Shown here one piece after another: positions 52,710 to 64,000 of a DNA stretch of 64,000 nucleotides. Below the pieces are notes generated by a model. The model was not told the DNA's origin and did no database searches. It was given only the letters and a program-made list of their open reading frames with translations. The translations under genes and the position numbers were made by a program. Source of the stretch: the human T2T-CHM13v2.0 reference genome, Homo sapiens. The stretch lies in assembly GCF_009914755.1 (NCBI RefSeq), contig NC_060938.1. The stretch is one strand, 5' to 3'. Position 1 is the first letter of the stretch; every line of letters starts with the position of its first letter.

Positions 52710-55533
52710 CTGAAAGAGAAAAGAAACTAGCATAAGGCCAAGTTCATCTGCACTCACACACCTGCAACCCCTTCCCACACTTCCCTCAAAACATTTCCCC
52801 AAGTATGCATTACTGACACCCTTCGAAAATGCATCCTCGAAAACCATGAGGTCTGCTTTATTGTAAACAGGCTTCATATTTCACAGTGCAGAACCTATCT
52901 GTGTGAGTATTCTGCTTATCATCTTGACCCTGCTCACACCTGGGCACTGGAATGACCGACAGATACACAAAATGGCAAATTCACATGGTTTAACGGCATA
53001 GCGTATAACTTAAGGATATTTGCTAACCTATTCATAATTTCATGAATGTATGTGGCAAAGAAGTCCTAATCATGTTTTCTGAGACCAAGCGGGTTTTCCA
53101 ACACTTCCTGGTGCCACCTGCCTGCTACAAATGCAAACTTGTCATTCTTGGCATTTCTACCACTAAATCCTTAATATATGGAGATGACCTTAATCGATTT
53201 CCTCCTTCCCCCTCTTCTCGTTTCGTATCCTGTTTTCAATTTTTTGGCTTAAAATGTTGCACTCCATACCCTATAAAACATTTTGCAGATATGTTACCAC
53301 CCACAGTGTGGTAACAGGAGAGGCAAGAAAATAGGAGAGATCAATATATCACAAAGACACTTACCGCATTTATAGATGAGCATTTTCACTGTTTTAAGAC
53401 AGCCAGTAGAAAACTTTATAACCAAGCCAGCCTTAGTAAAATGTCCTTAGAGTGGAAAGTAGGTTATATTCTAAATCAAGGATTGGTTTAGATTAATGTT
53501 AGAAAGTACTTAGTCAAAAATGTTACTACATCCAGCCCAAGAGGCAGTATAAATTACTCTCATCAAAATAGTACATGACAAATTATATTGGTTAATGCAT
53601 TATCAATCACCTTCAATATGAGAAAAATAGGTTCGAGTAATGCATTTTTAAGTTTGGCAGAAACACACACGCACACACACAGAAGAATCTGAAGGGCTAT
53701 ACGGTGAATGCTTCACCATTAAACCAGGGTCTCTAGTTATCTAGGACAGCAATACTGTTAGCAAGCAGAAATGCCAATGACACATTCTGCCCACTGGAAT
53801 TTCATTACCAGAGGTACAAATAGTATGGCAGGTATAGGGACACATTACATGATTGAGGAGGAGTAGGAGGGAAGAAGAAATGAGCTACAGCACAAAAATG
53901 CTATCCCACATCAAAATCATGTCAAATGTGCTAGAAAATACATACTATAAACCTTGATGTTAATGAACCTTTGTTTTATTTTGTTTTGGATCCACTATAC
54001 TAAAATTAAATGAGCATCACGCATCTCAGCCATGGTATTTCCCACAGCCCTGATTCTCAGCCAGGTAGTTGTGACCACAGAGTGGCCAGGAGCTTCACAG
54101 GGTAACAGCAGACCGGACTGGAGTCTCAGGATGATGACACCAGCTGATTGCTCTTCGATTGGATTCTGATCTTACTGTTTCGGGGCACTTAAGGCTCAAA
54201 GTTGCATGAAGAATAATGTGCATTAAAATACCTAAGATTATCTTTTAACAATCCCAGCAAGCTCTCAGGATTTTACCATCTAATTTTTATAACAAAGCAG
54301 GGAACAGCAAGCTGGCTGTTGCCAATACAGAATCACCTGATTTATAAAGATATTTTAAAACTGAGGACTTCATTATAGCAGAGTTGGTGTTTCTAGAGAA
54401 TTCAATAATTGAGTATTACTGCAGGAGCCTGAATATCCAGCTTACTTCCATCCAAACCTCTTCTTTATCCTGACCTTGATTTGGCTGAAAACTGAGTAGA
54501 CATCAGGGATGGAGCACTATGGGGAATGAAGGTCGGATAAATCCAGTGGTTTAGATAAGGAAAATTCTCTGTATGATAAAGATTCTTACAACATACCTAA
54601 AGATTCTTACAACATCCTTTTAATGTACTTAAATCACTGATCACCACTGTTCTATGGTCAATCTGTGGTGCTGTGGAACTTATCTGTACTCTAGTAGTGG
54701 AGAGAGACTTGGACTGGCCACCACCTTCTCTTTCCTGGCCCCTGTTGTAATTGATGAATTCACAAGTGGTCTCTTTCCAGCTCAGGGTAAGTCAGCTCCT
54801 GCCATGCTAACTGCAAAGTTTTCAAGCTCCCTGGCCCATATCTACACGCTTCTTTTGGAGGGTTCCTCAAAATGACATCTTCTAACTGTTAGAAGATCCG
54901 AGGATTTATTAAACTCCTGCTGAGAATTGTGCTTGGTGTTGAGAAAGACTTGAGGGGAAAATTTAAAACCCTATTTTATGACCTCTAAGAACCTGCTGTC
55001 ATACTTACCTGGCTCCAAACTCCTCTGACTCTATCTAATGAGACCAGCAATGCCTATAGACAGACTCATGGTTATGCCTCCAGTGGCTGCAGGTTGGGAA
55101 GGCAACAAGCTTGATTTTTTCCCCCCTCCATCTGGAGATGTCCCTGGATGATTGGCCTTTAAAGCTTAAAGTTGGTTAAAACCACACATAGTACATGAAA
55201 TTACTTAGAAGTGTCTATTAACCACAGTAATTCAGAGATGAAACCAGTGACAGAAGTCTTTGTGGGAGGAGTTGCAAACCACCCATCCTCAGGCAGCTCA
55301 AAAGCGGGGAGGGTGGGAGTGGCGGGTGAAGGGGAAGAATGGGGTGCGCTCCATACCCAGCCATGTAAATATCACTGCCATGAGAAATGACCATGGGGGC
55401 CCCTTGTTAACCCTGAGTGGGTTTTAATCACCTTAAAATGGTGTTTGCATTACATGACCCTAGGATCAAGTTACCATTTACTGAGCATAGTAATCAACCC
55501 TTTTCCATGGAATCCTCTAATTCTGCAGGGTGA

Positions 55534-55862
<329 letters not shown>

Positions 55863-55868
55863 CATCCA

Positions 55869-56003
55869 TTTTTTTTTTAAATTTTTTTAAATTGAGACGA
55901 AGTCTTGCTCTGTTGCTGAGGCTGGTCTCAAACTCCTAGCCTCCAGTGATCCCCTTGCCTCATCCTCCCAAAGCACTGGTGGTGTGAGGTACCATGCCCG
56001 GCC
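55869..56003 (-). mobile_element. FLAM or AluJ left monomer
   Basis: ggctggtctcaaactcctagcctccagtgatcc...accatgcccggcc. Confidence 0.8.
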
Positions 56004-56932
56004 ACCTTCCCCGTTCTATAGGGAGACAGACAGAGGTCCTGAGAGGTGAAAGGACTTGCCCAAGACACTGCATGACAAGTTAGTGATCAACCCAAGAAGG
56101 ACTAGGGCTTGCCCACTGTACCATAGAGACACACGCATCAACAGCTCCAATTTCATTTCTGATCTTCCAGCTTTCCTCTTCTGCTCTTCCAGCACTAAAC
56201 TCTTAGTCATCCTTCCCTGTGGAAGAAGGCTGTGAATGGTATTTTGCTAGGACTCTCTCCAAGGCAAAGTCCCAGGCTAGAAAAAGCAATCAGACTAACC
56301 ATATGTGAAAGACACGCGGGCTCCTATTAGCAGAAACAATACAACGCCAGTGCCACAAATGTCTCATTTCAATAATATGCTAGCAAAAATCCCATGACCT
56401 TCAGCAGTATAAGCCAGACCAACTTTGTAACAAAGAAAGCAGACCAACAGGTTAAGAGGACCTTGCCGGCCAGCAAGGTGGAGTGCGACCTGGCATTTGA
56501 GAACATTGATCCAGCTGATCGTTAAGAGCAGCGCTGAGCCTGCAAATCCCAAGAGGTGAGTGATACCATCCTGAACAGCATACCCGGCGGCTGCCAGAGA
56601 CTCAGCCCTCAGTAATTCCCGGATCCCACACTCTGAGCTGCACTACCTCCAGCTCCCAAGGGGATATCCTGAGTCAACAGGTCGGACAGCCTGAGGGTGG
56701 CTCTTAGCAAGATGACGTGATCCATCATGTGTTCTCTATACCCAGGAACCTTAACCATTGTGAGAACCACCTGGATTATAAACCAAGACCCTGGAAGGTT
56801 CCGCCAAGACACACACCTGTATTCACCAGCTGAACTTTCTGTGGATCTCAATGAGAAATAAATTAAGAAAAGGACTGTTTTCTAAGATCTCACCTGCCAA
56901 ATGTGAACTAGGACCTACAAAAGAGAGAAGTG

Positions 56933-57816
<884 letters not shown>

Positions 57817-57839
57817 TAATTTTTGTTAATGTATAAAAC

Positions 57840-57918
57840 AAGAGAGGAGTAGGGAGGGGAGGAGGGAGAGGAGTAGGGAGGGAAGAAGGGAGGGGGAGGA
57901 AGAAGAAAGAACAGAGAG
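57840..57918. repeat. GA-rich low-complexity tract
   Basis: agaggagtagggaggg occurs twice; almost entirely purine. Confidence 0.8.
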
Positions 57919-58809
57919 ATTGAGATGATAAGAAGGACTCTGAAGAAATGAATGAAAGCCTAAAGTGCTTGGGGCGGGAAGAAAGGAAGAATATCTGAAT
58001 GTCCCCCATGGTCAGCTTTCTGCCAGAATGGTCCACAGCACACGACAAAGCAGAAAGCCCAAACCAACGGGGATGGGGTGGGGGGAAAAAGTGGGTGTAG
58101 CAAGACCAGCCCACCCTGATTTAGCACTCATGGAGGCCAGAGCTTACCCACTACTCTTAAGCAACCGAGCACAGAGTCCTATCATACTCTTAGCGCTGGA
58201 GATGGACTGTGATGGCAATCCCTTCGGATGGGTGACATCTACCACCAGACTGCAATTTCCCCAGGAATAAAACAGTCAACGCAGTTGTAACAAAGGGAGA
58301 ATCACCCCCCACAAAAAATCCTTGAAATTCCATTGTTTTGCCTTATAACTGGGGATTAATCACCAGGAAATAATAGAAAACCAAATGTGACCTACGCCAC
58401 AATGTAACAGGGGCTCTCTGAGTGAAGGATGTCAGTCGCTGGCATTTGGAACACGGCAACCAGAGCAGGCTGGACAGAGACGTGTGTGGGAAGCTTCACA
58501 AAATACCACTCACCGTTTGAGAAGCATCACTAAGAACACAGATGAAAGTTCAGATTCTCGGGGACACTCTTGACACTTTTCTAACCTTCCAAAGAAGCTT
58601 GAGTGTCCCGGCAATTAAAAGGGATCTCTGTGGCCACAGGGTCCAATCCAGGGTGAAGTGGAGAGACCGCGGGATTTGGACTCAGAAATTTTGTTTAAAA
58701 CACAGACTGAAAGTCTTTTAACTTGTCAAAGTCTCAATTCCATGCCTGCAAGCCGGGGGCAATGTGTGAGAATAAAATGAGATGATGGGGGAAAAAAATT
58801 GCTTTCTAG

Positions 58810-59134
<325 letters not shown>

Positions 59135-59467
59135 CCAGTGGTAGTCTTGATTGCAAGCAAACCCCAGTTCAGAGTTAACTGACACACTCAAGGCCACACA
59201 GCAACATTGTGGCCGTTGTCAGGTGGGCACCAGCACTTCCTCCTAGACATCCTTAACTCTCCCAACTTGGCCCGTTTTTCCATTCCTGTGACAGATGCGG
59301 TAACTGCACTTTTCTCTTCCTTTTTTCTTTAAGGATTCTTGGAGATGTTCTAATTGCAAATATTTCTCAGTCTAAAGTAGCAACACTTACTAAATATCCA
59401 AGAAGCAACTTCACAGATGTCACTTACTCTAAAGAATGCTAAAAAAAAAAAAAAAAAAGTAACTGTT

Positions 59468-59757
59468 GGCTCACCCCTATAACCTCAGCACTTTGGGAGG
59501 TCTAGGCAGGAAGATCACTTGAGCCCAGGAGTTTGAGACCAGCCTGGGAAACATTAAAAATAAAACATTTTTTTATTCTACAAAAAATAAACAAAATCAG
59601 CCCAGTGTGGTGGCATGTGCCTGTGGTCTCAGCTACTCAGGAGGCTGAGGTGGGTGGATCGCTTGAGCCCAGGAGCTCCAAAGCTGCAGTGAGCCTTGAT
59701 CACACCACTGCACTCCAGCCTGGGCAACAGAGCAAGACCCTGTCTCAAAAAAAAAAT
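59468..59757 (+). mobile_element. AluJ
   Basis: gatcacttgagcccaggagtttgagaccagcctggg; gcttgagcccaggagctccaaagctgcagtgagc. Confidence 0.88.
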
Positions 59758-60335
59758 ATATATATATAGCTCCATGCAGAATCCTGCAAAGATCCAAAAT
59801 GGGCACGCGATCAAGAGACAGAAAGAAACCAGGTAGAAACCTACCAAGAGTGGCCCATTTCAGAGGATGACAATTGCTGAGGAGGCATGACTGAAGTGAT
59901 CAGACCACAACCAACCAGGCCCACCAACACTATAACTGAGTGTGTGGCAAGATTACTCAGAGGGCAATGCACCAATCAAGATAAGAAATGGAATTGCTCT
60001 GTAAACTTAGCCAAATGTTGACACTGGAGACTCAACTGATTTCAAAGGTATCAGCCTGCACATAGTTCTTGTATGCCCAATACCACCAGGACCCATGAGA
60101 ATCTGACAGGTGGCAGCTGCTCTGGCACCATATCTATCGAGCTATTTTATTTTACTTTTAAACAATTATCATTTTACTTTATTTCAGAATAAGTTTACAG
60201 TTGAAAAATGATGTTTACTATCAACATTATACGAACTTTTATAGCAAAACCTTGGTATGTGAGCATTAATAATCCAAATACTACACAGATATAGAAGATA
60301 TTTTAAAAATGGAAACGACATACTCCAAAGGCGCT

Positions 60336-60340
<5 letters not shown>

Positions 60341-60419
<79 letters not shown>
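60341..60419. repeat. Compound microsatellite (TC)19(TA)20
   Basis: Perfect TC run at 60341-60378 directly followed by a TA run at 60379-60418. Confidence 0.97.
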
Positions 60420-60421
<2 letters not shown>

Positions 60422-60553
60422 TTGCACTGGGTCCGTAAGCATTATACTATAATTCATTAAATGTCATCCAAGAAGTTGCAGATTTTTCAACACTACGTAC
60501 TGAAAAGATACAAAGGACTATCATAATTTCTCTTAACATTGAAAAAAACATGG

Positions 60554-60860
60554 GGCCGGGTGTGGTGGCTCACACCTGTAATCCCAGTTGGGAGGCGCAA
60601 GTGGGCGGATCCCTTGAGGCCAGGAGTTCGAGACCAGCCTGACCAACATGGCGAAATCCTGTCTGTACTAAAAATACAAAAATTTGTTGGGCATGGTGGT
60701 GGGCGCCTATAACCCTAGCTACTCAGGAGGCTTAGGCACAAGAATCGCTTGAACCCAGGAGGCAGAGGTTGCAGTGGGACGAGATCATGCCACTGTACTC
60801 CAGCCTGGGTGACAGAGTGAAATTCTGTCTCAAAAAAAAAAAAAAAAAGAAAAGAAAAAG
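60554..60860 (+). mobile_element. AluS inserted in the 3' UTR-derived part of CAP2P1
   Basis: Full Alu; imperfect TSD gaaaaaaacatg/gaaaaagcatg. Confidence 0.93.
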
Positions 60861-63422
60861 AAAAAGCATGTATTAGCAAGACTACAAAATCAGAGCAGAA
60901 AGCCAAACTAACAAATAATTCCTTAGGCTTTAGGAGAAGTAATACATCCATGGCTTTTCTCATGTTCATTTTTGCGACTGGTTAGCAAGTCTGGCAGGCA
61001 GAAAAGAAAAAATTAGACTATAATAAAACATTAAAGACACCATTTAGAAGACATCTGACATTTAACATGTTCAAAATTGGAAAACAGACACTGAGCTTGA
61101 TTTTTGGGCAACACTGCGAGGTACTACATAGCAAAAGCACTGTTTCCTCCCATCAATCTGTTGACACAAAAATCTCTTATGCAGAAAAGTAAGTTTTCAA
61201 ATGACACGGTAGAAATACATATAAGATGAATAATTCAAATTTATACTTTTGGTTTTTAGTAACTATAAAGAATATAGGTCTTTCAAGGACAAAGAACCTG
61301 AATTTGGTCCTTAATATGAAATGTTCTTACATCTTTTAAAAGCGTGGGTGGAAATACGTACTCCTGCTGACAGCATATCCACACTGCCAAAGGTGAACAT
61401 GTGCTCACGATAAGAAAAAAACTGTACATTTCTCAGGGCACATTACTACTACATCATATTGAAATTGTCTAAAAGATAAAAATGTACATCTTAGTTTATT
61501 TTTCAACAAGCAATTGAACATACGTGGAAAATTGAATCATGCAGTATTTTTACCTATCAGTTACTATGTTTGTGATATGAGGGGAACAGACTTCTTTTTT
61601 TTCCCTTTAAATCCATAATGTTCACAAGTCACCACGTGGAACTAAAATCGCACACACACAGGCAAATCATGAAGAAATGTTAAGTACTTCAAAATGCCCA
61701 CAAAGTCGTGCCAGAAACGATGCTGTGTCTATAGCACAGAATTGTCGGAGGCCAAAACTAAAGTGGAAGGTGCTTCTGCAACTTCCAGTTCTTTACTGCT
61801 ACTTTTTTATTTGTTTGATGGAGGGACTCAGGTGAGGGGGTTCACTGACCAACTTGGATCCATCCCATGCTGTCTTGAACTGCTCAGGGACAGGAAATTC
61901 TCTGTCATTACCACCCTGACGAATAAGTATATTCATTTTGGATGATATGATGCTCACAATCTCACAGTCTAATGCATCTTCCCCGAGTTAGGTATGTGTG
62001 GCAACCTTCTGTCTTATTAGTGGAAATTGCTGGTACTCTCCCCATTACCTGGATTTGAATGTACTTGGAGTTGGTCATTTCCCCAATGCCCACCAAACTG
62101 TCAAAGACCAGACCAAACTTCTTACAGTTTTCCACTGGAATGGAGTTTACTTTCCCTTTCATCGGGAGAGCTGATTTTTCACAATTGAAAATGTAAGCCG
62201 CTTGTTTCAGCTCAGTCTCTGAAATCACAAGGTCATTCCTGTCTTCTTGGTACTCTGCTCTCCATTTACTTCCTTCCAACTTGAACACGGGTGCATGTTG
62301 CTGGGAAGGATGAGGTTTGGGAGATGTGGGACTTGGAGTGTAGCTTCTGTGGGGAGACGTACTTTGCCCTCCGTGAGCCTGCAGGCTGGGATTCTTATAT
62401 AGGCCTTCTGGTCATCAGTGATGTGCCAGAGCCCTGGTTCTGCAGGGTTAGGCTTCTCCCTGGTTAAACCGGGCAAATAAAGCTGAGCATGAAGGAGAGG
62501 ACTTTTCTTTTGTGTCTTCATTCTCAAAAAGTGGAGGGGCCCTGGAGGAGGTGAGGAGGATGTGGAGAAAGGTCAGGCCCTCAGGAGAGAACAGAAAGCG
62601 CTGATGTGGGTGCTGCGGACCTGTTCTGCTCCACGTGAGGCCCGTGGTGTGGTGCTCCTTGACGCATGCTTGAAACTCACTCCAAATGTTCACATATGAC
62701 CTCACCCAATCCACACGGTGTAAATCATGTTTGTAGCCCTTTAAGACCCTGTTAGTGTAAAAGGTGGCAGCATCACACATCTCGTTGACGTAAGTACCCA
62801 AGTTGGGGGGCACAGTTATGCAGCCAAGGGCAGGGAGGCTTTTGCTGACATCCGAGAGATGACTAAACATGTTACTCCCTCGGTTTCTCTCTTTGAAGGT
62901 TTGGACTTCTGAATCTTTTCTGATTTGGGTTTCAGAAATGCAGCCACGCATTCTCTCGGGGTTGTTGGTCATGAGATGCCATCAGAAGGAAAGCCCTGTA
63001 ACACCCTTTCTGCATAAGTCTCCATGTCACCAGCAAGGATCCTACTGTTCTTTAAAAACTTGGCCACCATGCTGTTCATCAGCTTATCAAAGGCTTCCAC
63101 GGAGGGTGCCACACCTCCACAGACACTCTTGCTTACCCCGCCATCCCCAGGGGGCCTGTGGGACTCTGCAGACAGCGACTCCAGGCAGCTGACAGCCCAC
63201 TCCAGTCTTTCCAGCAGTCCCTGCATGTCTGCCATTCTGCTTTGCTGCCCTGGGGTCCTGTCTTTGGCAATGCAAATCTGTGGCCGGCCACTCATGCTCT
63301 CTTCCTGTGGCCCTTATTGTGTTGTTTTAAATATACTGAAGTTTCATCACATTCCCCAAAGCCTGCCATTCAGTTGGGACTTCATTCCTTGAACGTGTTT
63401 GCGAACTGCGATTGACCTACGG

Positions 63423-63636
63423 CCGGATTTCTTAACCTCAGCATTACTGACATTCTGGATTGGATAATTCTTGTCCTGGGATGCTACACTGTGGATGGTA
63501 AGATGCTCAGCAGTCTTCCTGGCCTCCCACTAGACACCAGTGACACCCACCTCATCAGCTGTGACAACCAAAAATGTTTCCAGTTATTGCTGTGTGTCCA
63601 CTGGGGAATAAAACTGCTCCCAAATGAGAACCCAGG
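63423..63636 (-). mobile_element. MER20 DNA transposon fossil
   Basis: ttcttaacctcagcattactgacatt...ccactagacaccagt...tgtgacaaccaaaaatgtttcca...tgagaacc. Confidence 0.88.
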
Positions 63637-64000
63637 AACACTGGCCCCAATCTCTCCACTCATCAAGTCCCAAACCTCCCGCTCCATCTTTCGGCAGGCA
63701 CCGTCACCTCCTCTTTTCTAAACGAAGGACATGCCCTTCCTTCCACCTCCGTTCGCTGGCTCCATTATTTCTGCCTGCGCGTGCATCTTCTTACTTGCCA
63801 AAGTAACATCTCTATTACCCTTCTTTTCCTCTGGAATCTTTCCTCCCTCCACTACCCCTTGTCTCCACTTACCTCCCCCTTCCCAGGACTGATGATTTCT
63901 TATCTTAGCCATCGCCACACATAAACTGGTGTCCAAGTCCTCCTTTTGGCTCCCATTATTCTTTCCTGCACTCACAAATCCCAAGAGCTGGCACCGACAG

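Larger units (their letters stand above)
60145..63290 (-). pseudogene. CAP2P1: Processed pseudogene of cyclase-associated actin cytoskeleton regulatory protein 2 (CAP2)
   Basis: Intronless, frameshifted CAP2-like peptides: MADMQGLLERLEWAVSCLESLSAESHRPPG (ATG at 63233-63235), DAATFYTNRVLK, KEHHTTGLTWS, SALFARFNQGEA, KWRAEYQEDRNDLVISETELKQ and [18 protein letters not shown] (~61850-61905). An AT-rich 3' UTR-like tract ends in AATAAA (60178-60183) and an A-rich remnant (60145-60160). The coding part is certain. The 3' boundary is inferred. Confidence 0.93.

Noticed and set aside
52641-52877. 78-aa ORF overlapping the FOXN3 exon
   Set aside because: It is in a different frame from the real FOXN3 peptide and is mostly intron sequence.
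53355-53460. Minus-strand donor GCG|gtaagtg upstream of the FOXN3 exon
   Set aside because: Only a weak AAG acceptor is nearby, so the exon definition is unconvincing.
61850-63235. CAP2P1 as a functional retrogene
   Set aside because: Multiple frameshifts and stops split the CDS into several frames.

Overview
This window is human (or close primate) genomic DNA, almost entirely intronic. One 65-nt coding exon on the minus strand (52645-52709) encodes (S)[21 protein letters not shown], which I recognise as an internal exon of the forkhead transcription factor FOXN3 (CHES1). The window therefore lies inside two long FOXN3 introns, transcribed right to left. A decayed processed pseudogene of CAP2 (probably CAP2P1) sits at about 60145-63290, in the same orientation as the host gene. 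It appears to keep its 3' UTR and AATAAA signals and has been hit by an AluS. The remainder is the usual primate repeat landscape: about 17 Alu elements or monomers (one nested AluY-in-AluS), three THE1 solo LTRs, MLT/MST and ERVL LTRs, L1M, L2, L3, MIR, MER DNA transposon fossils and microsatellites. Apart from CAP2P1, the ORF track appears to be repeat-derived or chance. I see no convincing new multi-gene system. The best leads are: (i) candidate poison exons and a possible recursive-splice site with consensus splice signals in the FOXN3 sense, (ii) a 94-nt pre-miRNA-like hairpin made by inverted duplication inside a MIR, (iii) a ~100-bp inverted local copy of a MER102 segment dated by an Alu insertion, and (iv) a pseudogene-donated intronic poly(A) signal. 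Gene and repeat identifications come from my recollection of the sequences, not from database searches. Repeat subfamilies and boundaries are approximate.
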